Shown: in pieces, positions 20,734 to 32,909 of the stretch
Position numbering within the stretch: position 1 is the stretch's first letter
How the letters are laid out: each line of letters starts with the position of its first letter
Assembly: GCA_963678315.1 (NCBI GenBank)
Contig: OY782781.1
Span: 1,056,001-1,120,000 of the forward strand
Source of the DNA: Candidatus Cloacimonadales bacterium
GTDB taxonomy: Bacteria; Cloacimonadota; Cloacimonadia; Cloacimonadales; JAFGVF01
DNA length: 64,000 nt
Direction: 5' to 3'
The notes under the pieces: model-generated
Seen by the model: the letters and a program-made list of their open reading frames with translations, nothing else
Database searches by the model: none
What the model was told of the DNA's origin: nothing
Made by a program: the position numbers and the translations under genes

Positions 20734-23037
20734 ATGCAAATTCCAGTTTTTTGGTATGTCGCCCCGATTGGTGCAGTGATTGCACTACTATTCGCATTTG
20801 TTTTTTTTAACGAAGTTAAGAAGAAAGACCCTGGAAATGCTAGAATGCAAGAGATTGCTTCCCATGTTAGAGAAGGTGCCTTTGCTTATTTAAAACAACA
20901 ATATATTGGTGTTGGTATATTCTTCATCGTAGCTTTCATTGTCTTCAATATCATGGCATGGTATGACCTCCTTCATAGTTTAGTTCCAATTGCTTTTATT
21001 ACTGGTGGATTCTTTAGTGGCCTAGCTGGCTTTATCGGTATGAAGACTGCTACAATGGCCTCTAACAGAACTGCTCAAGCGTGTTCAAAAAGTTTGAATC
21101 AAGGACTTAAAGTTGCCTTTAGAGCTGGTTCAGTAATGGGACTAGTTGTGGTAGGTCTTGCATTAATTGATATTTCTGCTTGGTTCTATTTCTTAAACAT
21201 GTTTGGTGTTAAGCTTGAAACTATTACAGTAATTATGTTATCATTCGGAATGGGTGCATCTACTCAAGCTCTTTTTGCTAGACTTGGTGGCGGTATCTAT
21301 ACTAAAGCTGCTGATGTAGGAGCTGACTTAGTAGGTAAAGTTGAAGCTGGAATCCCTGAAGACGACCCTCGTAACCCTGCTACAATAGCAGATAATGTTG
21401 GTGACAATGTTGGTGATGTTGCTGGTATGGGTGCTGATTTATATGAATCTTATGCTGGTTCAATCCTTGCTACTGCTGCCCTAGGAATGGCTGCTGTTAC
21501 TCAATTCGGACAGAACTTTGCTGCTGAATGGGCTATGAAGTTTGTTACTGCTCCAATGGTGCTTGCTGGTATTGGTGCATTTCTTTCCATTATAGGTATC
21601 TATATGGTATCTAGTAAAGAGAATGCAGGAACTAAAGAATTAATGTTTGCCTTGAATAAATCTGTTTATGGCTCTTCTCTGCTTATCGCAATTGCTTCTT
21701 ATTTTGTTACAAAATTTATGTTACCGCCTGAAATATCTTTTGGAATCTTTATAGCTAGTGTTGTCGGTTTGATTGCTGGTGTTCTGATTGGATATTTCAC
21801 AGAAAGATACACTTCTGATTCTTATTCTCCAACTCGTGGTATTGCTAAACAAGGTGAATACGGTCCCGCAACTGTAATCATTGATGGACTTGCAGTTGGA
21901 ATGAAATCAACTTTCGCACCTGTCTTTATTATTGCTACGGCTATTTTAGTAGCTTTCAGTGTAAGTGGTGGTTGGACAAGTATAGAATTAGGTTTATATG
22001 GAATCGGTTTTGGAGCTGTTGGCATGCTAGCAACTCTGGGAGTAACATTAGCTATGGATGCATTCGGACCTATTGCTGATAATGCTGGTGGTAATGCTGA
22101 AATGTCTGCTTTACCTGAAGACGTTAGAAAGAAAACAGATGCTCTTGACTCAGTAGGAAACACAACTGCTGCAACAGGTAAAGGTTTTGCTATAGGCTCA
22201 GCTGCCTTAACAGCTATGGCACTTTTAGCTGCTTATCTAGAAGAAGTAAGATCTGCTCTTCATCACTTGAATCCAGAAACTTTAATTAACAATGTTTCTC
22301 TCAAAACTGCGTCTGTAACCGACTTCATAGCCCACTTCGAAGTACATTTAATGAATCCAAAATTCTTATTAGGTATCTTTATTGGTGCTATGGTTGCTTA
22401 TGTTTTCTCTGCTTTCACCATGAAGGCTGTTGGTAATGCTGCTGGGGATATGGTTGCAGAAGTTAGACGTCAATTCAAAGAAATTCCAGGTATTCTTGAA
22501 GGTAAAACTAAGCCAGATTACAAACGCTGTGTTCTTATCTCAACTAAAGGTGCTCAACGTGAAATGGTTAAACCTGCTATCGTAGGCATCATTACCCCTG
22601 TTATTGTTGGCTTAATCCTTGGTGTTGCTGGTGTTTTAGGACTTCTAGCGGGTGGCTTGGCTGCAGGCTTAGTGTTGGCTATTATGATGAATAATTCAGG
22701 TGGTGCATGGGATAATGCTAAGAAATATGTTGAAACTGGTCAACATGGCGGTAAGGGTTCTGATACTCATAAAGCTACTGTTGTTGGCGATACTGTCGGC
22801 GATCCATTCAAAGACACAGCTGGCCCTTCAATCAACATCTTAATCAAGCTTATGAGTATGGTTTCAATTATCTTTGCAGGACTTATTGTTGCCTATTCTC
22901 CATATTTTGAAAGTCTTTATGATAAAGGATCTGATGAGATTGAACAACTGCTATCTAACAAAGATAATGCTAAAGTAGAACTTGTTAATATTGATAAAAC
23001 AGAAGTTAAATCAACTGAAAAACAAATCCAAAAATAG
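20734..23037 (+). CDS. hppA: Membrane-integral ion-translocating pyrophosphatase, K+-dependent type (probably Na+-pumping)
   Basis: [26 protein letters not shown] (Ala = K+-dependent determinant), [10 protein letters not shown]. Confidence 0.93.
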   Translation: MQIPVFWYVAPIGAVIALLFAFVFFNEVKKKDPGNARMQEIASHVREGAFAYLKQQYIGVGIFFIVAFIVFNIMAWYDLLHSLVPIAFITGGFFSGLAGFIGMKTATMASNRTAQACSKSLNQGLKVAFRAGSVMGLVVVGLALIDISAWFYFLNMFGVKLETITVIMLSFGMGASTQALFARLGGGIYTKAADVGADLVGKVEAGIPEDDPRNPATIADNVGDNVGDVAGMGADLYESYAGSILATAALGMAAVTQFGQNFAAEWAMKFVTAPMVLAGIGAFLSIIGIYMVSSKENAGTKELMFALNKSVYGSSLLIAIASYFVTKFMLPPEISFGIFIASVVGLIAGVLIGYFTERYTSDSYSPTRGIAKQGEYGPATVIIDGLAVGMKSTFAPVFIIATAILVAFSVSGGWTSIELGLYGIGFGAVGMLATLGVTLAMDAFGPIADNAGGNAEMSALPEDVRKKTDALDSVGNTTAATGKGFAIGSAALTAMALLAAYLEEVRSALHHLNPETLINNVSLKTASVTDFIAHFEVHLMNPKFLLGIFIGAMVAYVFSAFTMKAVGNAAGDMVAEVRRQFKEIPGILEGKTKPDYKRCVLISTKGAQREMVKPAIVGIITPVIVGLILGVAGVLGLLAGGLAAGLVLAIMMNNSGGAWDNAKKYVETGQHGGKGSDTHKATVVGDTVGDPFKDTAGPSINILIKLMSMVSIIFAGLIVAYSPYFESLYDKGSDEIEQLLSNKDNAKVELVNIDKTEVKSTEKQIQK

Positions 23038-23060
23038 AAAAAACCCTAGTTAAATAAATT

Positions 23061-23097
23061 AAGAGAGTGCTGGATTTTCAGCACTCTCTTTCTTTTT
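23061..23097 (+). terminator. Intrinsic terminator
   Basis: AAGAGAGTGCTG-gatttt-CAGCACTCTCTT followed by a T-rich tract. Confidence 0.88.
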
Positions 23098-23181
23098 GCC
23101 TATAGCACCCTTACTAGCCACCTTGAAAAATTGGCTTTTTTTCAAGGAGGCAAGTAAGGACGGAGTTAGACATGAGGAGTT

Positions 23182-23281
23182 ACTGGGAACGCTTTGCCTT
23201 GAGTCTGGCTGCTGCCGGATAGCTGGCTAATAGTGGGAACGCACAGCCCCTAGCTGGCAAAGAGAAGTTAGCAGAAACTGG
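23182..23281 (+). repeat. REP cluster (ACTGGGAACGC family); last copy split by the intron
   Basis: Two REP variants, then ACTGG directly abutting the intron 3' end. Confidence 0.8.
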
Positions 23282-25175
23282 ATAGGGGTAGGGGTGCTAT
23301 CATTACTGACACCCCTCCCTCCGAACCGTACGTGCGGTTTTCCCGCATACGGCTCTCCAGATAATAATTTACTCTCTATGTAGAGATTGACATAATTGAC
23401 GGTGGGTTTCGGTTAGAGAGAGAAGCCCAGCGTCTTCAAAGATTTTGTTTGGGTATCTGATATTATCTCTACCTGTTGTAGCTATTCCTTTCCGTTTTTC
23501 AAATTTCTTAAGAATACTTCTTAATCGCCGTCGTATCCAACCATCTAAACTTGGAAAAGTACTTTTATAACAATGTTTATAATATTCAAACCAACCCCGA
23601 ATTATACGGTTTATTCGTTTGATTATTTCTTTTAAGCTTTTCCCATTTGTTCTTCTAGTATGTTTTCTTATACTATCCTTGAATTTCTTTTCGCTCTTAC
23701 GTTTAGGAAACTTTCAGAAAATCTTTATTTTCTCATAGTTCTTAGATTTAACAAACCTATAACCTAAAAAGCCTATCTCATCTTGCATACTATCAAGAAT
23801 TTTAGTCTTTGTAGGATGAAGAATTAACTCAGCTTTTTCCGTCCATTGCTTTACTATTTCAAGAGCTTCTTCTGATTCTTTCTGGCTTCTACACATGATA
23901 ATAAAATCATCAGCATATCTTACCATTTGATAGTATTTGCTACTCATTAACCAGTCGAATTTGTTCAAGTAGATGTTTGCTAACAGTGGACTTAATACTG
24001 CACCTTGTGGTGTTCCTTTTTCGGGAATCCATGTATCTAGCCCATTAAATATACTTTGATTTAGAAATTTCTCAATCAATTCTAATACCCGACTATCAGA
24101 TATTTCTTCTTTTACTAAATCCATTAATTTAGACTTAGGTATTGTATCAAAATATCCTTTTAAATCTGCATCAACTACGTATCGATAGCCTCGGTTAAGG
24201 TTATTATACACTATTCTAAGTGCATCTTTGCAACTTCTTTTAGGTCTAAAACCAAAACTGTTATCTGAAAACTTTATTTCAAATATTGGTTCGATTACAT
24301 TTCTTATTGCTGTTTGAACAATTCTGTCCTCAACTGTTGGAATACCTAAAGGTCGTTTCTCCTTACTTCCAGGTTTATCAATCATTACCCTTTTAATTGC
24401 ATTTGGCTCATATTCCTGCATTTCTAAGCGTTTAGCTAAGCCTTGCAGCCTTTGTTCAAGATGTTTCTCATAGTGAGAAATATTCATCTTATCAACTCCA
24501 GCACTACCTTTATTAGCTTTTACTCTTTTCCATGCAGATAACAGATTAGCTTTTGAATAAACTTTATCTATTAAACTAAACCATTTGCCACCTTTGACTC
24601 CCCTTTGGAGAGCTGTCAACATTTTGTCTGTCCAGACAGATGATTCTGTCCACTCCCATTCTAATCTTAGTTGTGAGTTTTCTTCTTGTTCTTGTTTAGT
24701 CTCTTTTGACACTGTCGAACATTTTTCTTTCATCTGTTTCTCCTTTCAAAATTTTATTATCCTGTTCCCCTTCGCTACTCTTAGGTTATGTTGTCCTAAG
24801 TATCATCACTACTATGAGAACTCTGACTCCTGAATATATCTCTAAACCTATATTCAGGTCTCATAGCTTACCTCTAACTAACTTCTTACCATTCCATCTC
24901 CTACCACATCTAAAGTCCTGATATAACTTTATCACATCATTCAGTTTATCAGGTGTATGATAAAACTCTTTATCATCATCAGTTTTCGCCCTGCGATCGG
25001 AGGCTCAACACTATTAGCTGCCGAAACGAGTTCACTAATGTTACGGACTGGTCTTTCATTTCCTGTTACTCCCCACCTAACCTCACGGTTACGCAGTTAC
25101 ATTCAATTACAAATCTCTGATGTAAGATTTGGTTAGGACTTTCACCTAACAGATAGTTAGATATCACTATCGTAC
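23282..25175 (-). mobile_element. Group II intron (1,894 bp)
   Basis: 5' end GTACGATAGTG...GGTGAAAGTCC; domain V GAGCCGTATGCGGGAAAACCGCACGTACGGTTC; domain VI ending CCCCTAT; excision restores ACTGG|GAACGCCAGCTGCTAGCTGGC. Confidence 0.92.
23369..24733 (-). pseudogene. ltrA: Group II intron reverse transcriptase/maturase with an in-frame TGA at 23714-23716
   Basis: RT motifs (NKGSAGVD, RPLGIPT, GTPQG, YADD). The same frame continues after the TGA with maturase domain X (IRGWFEYY...LDGWIRRRLR) to TAA at 23369. Confidence 0.88.
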
Positions 25176-25731
25176 GAACGCCAGCTGCTAGCTGGCTTCA
25201 CTTAGAACATAGTGCTAAGTGAATTTGTAGAGACGAACGGACGTTTGTTTAAATTAAAAAAGATGGTAGATAATTGAGCTCCATTTTATCACCCATGGTT
25301 AAAACCATGGGCTCTTTATTGATTTACCCTTACAGGGTATAAATACCTTTTACTGGAAGAAAGAAGGAACGCGGACACTCCGAATTTGATGAAATATATG
25401 GAGTCAAATGAAGGTTGGTCCGCTTTGAAAGATATTTTCTCGATGGAAATAGCTTTTAAAATTAATCTTACATCTTTAATAAATAGGATTCTAACCTTTC
25501 GAACATCCAGTTAGGATTAAACATTATGTCGTCCCTTCGGGACTCAATTCATTTATATTATTCTACATGGGGTACAAGACTCAGTCAAAGCCTGACACGG
25601 CCCTGGCTTAATATATGACTTCCTTTCAGGACTAATACAAACATCGAATTTGAAAGCTAGAAGCTTGAGTACCCAGATGCTGATGGGGTGTAAGCACCAC
25701 TGATAGCTTGAACAAAGTTCATGCTTAGGCA
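25176..25731. repeat. Repeat mosaic: REP remainder, GTAG palindrome, and solo end modules of both IS200-like TnpA families
   Basis: CCCATGGTTAAAACCATGGG (about 25292; tnpA1-type) and TTATGTCGTCCCTTCGGGAC...ACATGGGGTACAAGACTCAGTCAAAGCCTGACACGGCCCTGGCTTA (about 25524-25635; tnpA2-type). Confidence 0.8.
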
Positions 25732-25845
25732 AAATAGAGTTTCTTTCCCTTATAAATAACTGAGACCACCTCTAATAAGAGCTAGATTTAAGCTTGACTT
25801 AATCTTACCATAAAATATGCTTGAATTTTAATATAGATAAAATGA

Positions 25846-26874
<1,029 letters not shown>

Positions 26875-26875
26875 G

Positions 26876-27958
26876 ATGGATTTAGGGCATTTAGAAAACT
26901 GGATTAAGTTTAAAAGATTAGAAGGTGTAGGAAGCGTTTATAGTCAGAAACTTTTAGAAAGTTATGGCGATCCTGAGAATTTCTTAGGTAAGAAGTTAGA
27001 TGTTGATTTCTTGCCTAAGAAAGTTCGAGACAGTATTTATAATTGTCCTTCCTTAAATGATTGGGGAAGGATTTGCAAGCTGATTGATAAGTTTGAAATC
27101 AATTATTTAACAATTCTGGATAAGGAATATCCTGATGAACTGAGGAATATATATTCCCCTCCATTAGTAATATTCTATCGAGGTCAACTACCACTAAAAC
27201 AATTAAACAATACTTTAGCTATCGTAGGTACTAGAAGAGCTGATAACTATGGTAAATACATGGCTAATAAAATTAGTAGAGAGCTATCTACTAAGGGTGT
27301 GATAATTGTGAGTGGACTTGCTTATGGTGTTGATACAATAGCACATCAAGCTTGTTTGAATGCTGGTGGAAAAACTATTGCTGTAATGGCTACAGGTTGT
27401 GATCAGATATACCCTCCTGAAAACAGAAATTTAGCTGATGAAATAATTAAAAATGGTGCAATTCTATCTGAATATGAACCTGGAGTCGCTGCCGAAAGAT
27501 ACTATTTCCCAAGAAGAAATAGGATTATTTCTGCTTTATCAACTGGTACATTAGTAGTGCAAGGTAAGAAGAATAGTGGTGCTATGTTGACAGCTAAGTA
27601 TGCTTTAGATCAAGGCAAAGAATTATTTGCAATTCCGGGAGAAGTTAATAACTATCTTTCTGAAGGTCCTAATTACTTACTGCAAAATGGGGCATCTATA
27701 GTTTTAGATTCAGAAGATATATTCGCTATTTTTGCTAATGGTGACTATGTGGAACAACTTACTATCTTTCCTGAACTTTCACAAGAAGAAAAGAAGGTCT
27801 ATGATGTTATCAAAAAAGAGAATAAAGAAGTCTATTTTGATGAATTAGTAATAAAGACAAGACTTCCTTTACCAAAACTTTCTTCCTTACTCATGAACTT
27901 AGAACTCAAGAGCGTGATAGAAGCATTACCAGGGAATAAGTATATATATATTCTATAA
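26876..27958 (+). CDS. dprA: DNA-processing protein DprA
   Basis: AIVGTR, VSGLAYGVD, FPRRNRIIS, C-terminal winged helix. Confidence 0.95.
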   Translation: MDLGHLENWIKFKRLEGVGSVYSQKLLESYGDPENFLGKKLDVDFLPKKVRDSIYNCPSLNDWGRICKLIDKFEINYLTILDKEYPDELRNIYSPPLVIFYRGQLPLKQLNNTLAIVGTRRADNYGKYMANKISRELSTKGVIIVSGLAYGVDTIAHQACLNAGGKTIAVMATGCDQIYPPENRNLADEIIKNGAILSEYEPGVAAERYYFPRRNRIISALSTGTLVVQGKKNSGAMLTAKYALDQGKELFAIPGEVNNYLSEGPNYLLQNGASIVLDSEDIFAIFANGDYVEQLTIFPELSQEEKKVYDVIKKENKEVYFDELVIKTRLPLPKLSSLLMNLELKSVIEALPGNKYIYIL

Positions 27959-28031
27959 GCCAAATATAGTTTTTAGTTGACTGGTCACCAAGAGTGTAAA
28001 TCTGTGTTCTCAGATTATATCGGAGAAGTAA

Positions 28032-28631
28032 ATGTTATATATATTAGATTTATGCGGAACCTTTGTATTTGCCGTAACTGGTGGACTTAAAGCAGTTAAG
28101 AATGACCTTGATATATTAGGAATAATAGTTTTGTCGGTTATTACAGGTGTTGGTGGGGGAATAGTTCGAGATATTATTATTGGACTAAAAACACCAATGG
28201 CTTTTCAAGATGAAAGCTATCTAATTATCTCTATAGTAGCAAGTATAATAGTCTTCTTTTGGGGTGGAAAGATAGAAAGTAGAATGACAACTATCAAGAT
28301 TCTTGATGCAATCGGAATGGGTTTATTTGCCAGTATTGGTGCCAGGAAGGCTATAGTTTTTGGAATGGGTCCTATCGGAATACTCATGATGGCAGTAATT
28401 ACAGCTACTGGTGGAGGAATGATAAGGGATATCTTTGTGAGAGAAGTTCCAGCTATAATTAGAATTGATATCTATGCTACTGCAGCCTTGTGCGGAGGAA
28501 TAGTCGTGCTAGTTTTGAACCAATTAGGAATAGGTGAAAGCTATCAATATATGGCAGCAATCATCACTACTATGGGTATGAGGTTATTAGCTATGAAGTT
28601 AGATTTACATCTTCCAAGAGCGAGAAAGTAG
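28032..28631 (+). CDS. TRIC channel / UPF0126 membrane protein
   Basis: Duplicated GGG-x-x-RD motifs. Confidence 0.9.
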   Translation: MLYILDLCGTFVFAVTGGLKAVKNDLDILGIIVLSVITGVGGGIVRDIIIGLKTPMAFQDESYLIISIVASIIVFFWGGKIESRMTTIKILDAIGMGLFASIGARKAIVFGMGPIGILMMAVITATGGGMIRDIFVREVPAIIRIDIYATAALCGGIVVLVLNQLGIGESYQYMAAIITTMGMRLLAMKLDLHLPRARK

Positions 28632-28840
28632 AATAATTATATAAACTTGGTTGCTATAGATAATTAAGCTAAATTTAAAACTCTTCAATACAAATTAAGA
28701 ATTCTACAAAGAAAAATAAACATTGTTAATAGTGTTAATATGTATGTTTCTTAACAATTTAGGAGATACCAACTAAATAATAATTGACTTATATAATGTA
28801 TATAAAAATATGTCAGAAAAACGATTATGAGGTAAGAATT

Positions 28841-30097
28841 TTGGCAAGTAAATATAAATTACCACGTGGAACCTATGATATCCTACCGGAAACAAGTTAC
28901 CAGTGGCAATATATTCTTAATACATTTAGGGATACTGCTAAATTATTTAATTTCAAAGAAATAGTTACACCTATATTTGAAGATGCAGACCTTTTTGAAA
29001 GGAGCTCGGGAGAAACTTCTGACGTTGTCTCAAAAGAAATGTACAGATTTCAAGATAGAAAAGGTAGAACTTTTGCCCTTAGACCAGAAGGCACAGCTCC
29101 TGTTGTAAGAAGCTTTGTTGAGAATAATCTAGGTGGACAAGGGGAAACTCAAAAACTATTTTACTTTGGACCTATGTTCAGGTACGATAGACCTCAAAAG
29201 GGGCGTTACCGCCAGTTCTATCAATTCGGGATAGAAGCTATTGGTTCTAATAATCCTTTTGTAGATGCTGAAGTTATCTTCTTCTTTTCTACATTCTTGA
29301 AGACGCTAGGTCTAACTGACTATGAAGTAGAAATTAATTCTGTCGGAAATAAGGCAGTTTCAGACAGATACGATACAGTCTTAAAAGAATTCTTCCAACC
29401 TCATAAAGATGAATTATGTAGTGACTGCAAAACTAGATTAGATAAGAAACCACGCAGACTGCTAGACTGTAAGGTTCCTTCTTGCAAAGAGATTGCTAAA
29501 GGTGCACCTGTTATGCTTGATTATTTAGATCAAGAGTGTAGTGAACACTTTGAACAGGTGAAAAAGTATCTTGATTCTTTTGGTGTTAAATACACTGTCA
29601 ATCCTAAAATAGTGAGAGGATTAGATTATTATACACACACAGCTTTTGAGTTTTTAAACAATAAGCTTGGAGCTCAAAATGCTATTGGTGCTGGTGGACG
29701 TTATAACGGACTAGTTCAACAAGTGGGTGGAAAAGATGTTCCAGGAATCGGCTTTGCTGGTGGGTTGGAGCGAATACTTTTATCTATGGAAACTCAAGGA
29801 TTATTCTGTGGAAATCAAACTCAGCCAACTGTTTATATGATTCCAATGGGAGCAAAGGCAATTGAAGCTTCTGTTGAAATTATTGCAAATCTAAGAACTA
29901 ATGGTGTTTCTGTTGAATACAATCCTGACAAGTTATCTATGAAGGCACAAATGAAAGCAGCTGATAAGAATAAGGCAAAATATGCTGTAATCATTGGAGA
30001 TGAAGAACTTGATAAGGGAGTAGTCACTCTTAAGAATTTAATGGAGCGTACGCAATCTGAAGTGCAGATTTCAGATTTAGTATCTAACATTCTATAA
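28841..30097 (+). CDS. hisS: Histidyl-tRNA synthetase
   Basis: PRGTYD, LRPEGTAP, RYDRPQKGRYRQF, VRGLDYY, GGRY; TTG start after a GAGG RBS. Confidence 0.97.
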   Translation: MASKYKLPRGTYDILPETSYQWQYILNTFRDTAKLFNFKEIVTPIFEDADLFERSSGETSDVVSKEMYRFQDRKGRTFALRPEGTAPVVRSFVENNLGGQGETQKLFYFGPMFRYDRPQKGRYRQFYQFGIEAIGSNNPFVDAEVIFFFSTFLKTLGLTDYEVEINSVGNKAVSDRYDTVLKEFFQPHKDELCSDCKTRLDKKPRRLLDCKVPSCKEIAKGAPVMLDYLDQECSEHFEQVKKYLDSFGVKYTVNPKIVRGLDYYTHTAFEFLNNKLGAQNAIGAGGRYNGLVQQVGGKDVPGIGFAGGLERILLSMETQGLFCGNQTQPTVYMIPMGAKAIEASVEIIANLRTNGVSVEYNPDKLSMKAQMKAADKNKAKYAVIIGDEELDKGVVTLKNLMERTQSEVQISDLVSNIL

Positions 30098-30110
30098 TAT
30101 CTCAATTTTA

Positions 30111-30139
30111 TAGCAGTCATTTACCGGCTGCTATTTTTT
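30111..30139 (+). terminator. Intrinsic terminator
   Basis: TAGCAGTC...GGCTGCTA followed by T6. Confidence 0.75.
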
Positions 30140-30165
30140 CATAAATAAAAACAAAGGAAAAACTG

Positions 30166-31833
30166 ATGCACGCTTTTGCTATTATTTTTAATTTGTTAGG
30201 ATCCCTTGGCGTCTTTCTTTATGGAATGCGAGTCATGAGTGACGGTATTCATAAAGTAGCTGGAGAAAAACTTAAAAACATTCTAAACTTCATGACCAAA
30301 AACAGATTTATGGCTGTGTTTACTGGCTTTTTCATTACAGCCTTAGTCCAGTCTTCTTCTGCAACAACTGTTATGGTCGTGAGTTTTGTTAATGCCGGAC
30401 TTTTAAACCTTGTTCAATCTATTGGGGTTATCATGGGTGCCAATATCGGTACTACTGTTACAACCTGGATTGTGTCTTTTATTGGTTTTAAATTCAAAAT
30501 ATCTGCTATAGCTCTTCCTATTATTGGTGTTGGGCTACCACTATTCTTTTCAAAATCAAAGAAGAATAAAGAGTGGGCGGAAGTATTGATAGGTTTTGGT
30601 TTACTCTTCTTGGGACTATCTTTCTTGAAAGGTTCAGTTCCTGATATTAAGAGTCACCCAGAAATACTTAATTTTGTAACTGACTTAACAGGACATGGCT
30701 ACTTCACATACTTTGGTTTTGTTCTATTAGGAACTCTTTTAACCATAGTAGTACAGTCATCATCAGCGGCTATGGCGATAACTGTGACTATGGCTTACAA
30801 AGGATGGATTGACTTTCCAACAGCAGCCATGATTGTTCTTGGTGAAAACATAGGAACAACTATAACAGCATATTTAGCATCTATTGGAACAACGGTGAAT
30901 GCAAGACGTGCTGCTAGAGCACACATGCTCTTCAATGTGTTCGGGGTATTGTGGATGACGATATTCTTCTATTGGTTCATCAATGGAATTGTTTGGCTAG
31001 CTCCATGGGATAGCTCATTGATAAACTTACCTTTATCATTATCTCTTTTCCACACTGTATTCAATATACTTAATACACTTATTTGTATCTGGTTAATTCC
31101 TTATTTTGCAGTGCTAGTAGAAAAGCTGGTAAAACCTTCATCAGTTGACAAGAATAAAGACTATAATCTTCAATATATTGATTCTGGAGTAGTTGATACT
31201 ACAACTTTCAATCTTGAGAAAGCTAGACATGAGATATTTAAACTTGCTAGGATTTCAGAAGAGATGTTTGAGACTGCTTTACATCTATTCTTTAACCCTC
31301 ATAAGAAGTTGGGACAAGAAGTTGATTTGATTAAAGACCAAGAAAATCTAACAGACCAAATGCAAGAAGGTATTACTAAGTACTTAACTAAATGTTCTAC
31401 TGAAGCTATTTCTGAACAATATGCTCAAAATATAAATGCTATGATTAGAATTACTAGTGAGCTTGAAAGTATTTCAGATTCTGCCTTTAGAATCATGCTA
31501 ATCACTAAGAAGAAGTATGACCAAAAGCTTGAAATGCACCCAGAAGCTACAAAAGAAATTAAAGATATAGCTAAGACTGTTAAAGAATTCATGTCTTTAT
31601 ATAATGAGAAGATGCTTGAACATATGAAGAAAACAGATCTTAAGCAAGCTTATGATATAGAAACAGAGATTAATAATATTCGTAAGAAGTACAAGAATAA
31701 TGCAAGAAAGAGAATTGCTTCAGGTCAAGCTGATGTACAAGCAGAATTGCTTTACATTGATTTGCTTAAGCACTTTGAACATATCGGAGATTACTCCTTA
31801 AATATTGCTCAAACTCTTAGAAGCGTTAGATAA
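30166..31833 (+). CDS. Na+/Pi cotransporter (NptA family) with PhoU-like C-terminus
   Basis: Duplicated QSSS and G(A/E)NIGTT motifs; EHIGD in the C-terminal part. Confidence 0.92.
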   Translation: MHAFAIIFNLLGSLGVFLYGMRVMSDGIHKVAGEKLKNILNFMTKNRFMAVFTGFFITALVQSSSATTVMVVSFVNAGLLNLVQSIGVIMGANIGTTVTTWIVSFIGFKFKISAIALPIIGVGLPLFFSKSKKNKEWAEVLIGFGLLFLGLSFLKGSVPDIKSHPEILNFVTDLTGHGYFTYFGFVLLGTLLTIVVQSSSAAMAITVTMAYKGWIDFPTAAMIVLGENIGTTITAYLASIGTTVNARRAARAHMLFNVFGVLWMTIFFYWFINGIVWLAPWDSSLINLPLSLSLFHTVFNILNTLICIWLIPYFAVLVEKLVKPSSVDKNKDYNLQYIDSGVVDTTTFNLEKARHEIFKLARISEEMFETALHLFFNPHKKLGQEVDLIKDQENLTDQMQEGITKYLTKCSTEAISEQYAQNINAMIRITSELESISDSAFRIMLITKKKYDQKLEMHPEATKEIKDIAKTVKEFMSLYNEKMLEHMKKTDLKQAYDIETEINNIRKKYKNNARKRIASGQADVQAELLYIDLLKHFEHIGDYSLNIAQTLRSVR

Positions 31834-31871
31834 ATAAGAAGATTTATAATTAATTACAAGATATAAAGTCA

Positions 31872-31909
31872 CAAGCTCACATTATTTGAAATGTGAGCTT
31901 GACATTTTT
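31872..31909 (+). terminator. Intrinsic terminator-like hairpin
   Basis: CAAGCTCACATT...AATGTGAGCTTG followed by a T-rich run. Confidence 0.65.
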
Positions 31910-31963
31910 AAAGAGAATAATTTTATGTAACATAGATAAATATAAAAATTCCAAGAGGTTCTA

Positions 31964-32221
31964 ATGATTAAAGCCAAAGTTTTTGTTAAACTAAAACCAA
32001 GTGTTCTTGACCCACAAGGTAAACAAGTAATGAATTCATTACACACATTAGGTTATGATAATGTAGAGGAAGTTAGAGTTAGTAAGTTTATTGAAGTTAA
32101 CTTGAAAAGCAATGATTTAAAACAAGCTGAAGTTGAAATTAATGAAATATGTAACAAGATTTTAGCAAACCCAAATACTGAAACTTACTCCTGGAATCTT
32201 GAAGTAGTTGACGGGGAATAA
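31964..32221 (+). CDS. purS: FGAM synthase subunit PurS
   Basis: LKPSVLDPQG...LANP. Confidence 0.95.
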   Translation: MIKAKVFVKLKPSVLDPQGKQVMNSLHTLGYDNVEEVRVSKFIEVNLKSNDLKQAEVEINEICNKILANPNTETYSWNLEVVDGE

Positions 32222-32222
32222 T

Positions 32223-32909
32223 ATGAAAATTAATGTTATTACTTTCCCTGGTTCTAATTGTGACCACGATGCTTATCATATTAGTGAAATCAGGGGACAT
32301 AAAGTAGACTTTGTTTGGCATAAAGATGCAGAATTGAAATCTCCAGACTTAGTTATTATACCAGGTGGTTTCTCATATGGTGATTACTTACGTTGTGGAG
32401 CAATTGCTAAATTCTCACCTATTATTAAAGCAGTGATTGACCATGCTAACAAAGGTGGTTATGTTATGGGAATCTGTAATGGCTTCCAAATACTAACTGA
32501 ATCAGGCCTTTTACCTGGTGCTTTAATGATGAATGAAAGCCTTAGATTTATCTGTAAACACCAATATATTAAGCCTGTTAATACTACTTCTATATTTACA
32601 AAAGGACTTGATAAAGATCTTGCTCTTGATATTCCTATTGCTCATAAAGAAGGAAACTATTTTATAGATGCTGACGGTCTTAAGATGTTACAAGATAATG
32701 ATCAAATTGCTTTTAAATATTGTAATGAGAAAGGTGAAATTAGTAGAGACTTTAATCCTAATGGAGCTGTAGATAATATTGCAGGTATTCTCAACAAAGA
32801 TAAAAATATCTTAGGAATGATGCCTCATCCTGAAAGAGCTAGTGAAGAGACTGTTGAATCTCAAGACGGTAAAGCAATCTTTGCTTCAATCGAGAAGTTC
32901 TTTAAGTAA
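32223..32909 (+). CDS. purQ: FGAM synthase glutaminase subunit PurQ
   Basis: FPGSNCD, PGGFSYGDYLR, GICNGFQ, MMPHPER. Confidence 0.97.
   Translation: MKINVITFPGSNCDHDAYHISEIRGHKVDFVWHKDAELKSPDLVIIPGGFSYGDYLRCGAIAKFSPIIKAVIDHANKGGYVMGICNGFQILTESGLLPGALMMNESLRFICKHQYIKPVNTTSIFTKGLDKDLALDIPIAHKEGNYFIDADGLKMLQDNDQIAFKYCNEKGEISRDFNPNGAVDNIAGILNKDKNILGMMPHPERASEETVESQDGKAIFASIEKFFK

Noticed and set aside
23714..23716. Genome-wide TGA recoding or selenocysteine
   Set aside because: TGA ends several intact genes in the window and no other in-frame TGA was seen in a conserved gene.
23714..24733. RT as a retron, DGR or defence RT
   Set aside because: Domain V/VI RNA, maturase domain X and exact exon restoration identify a group II intron.
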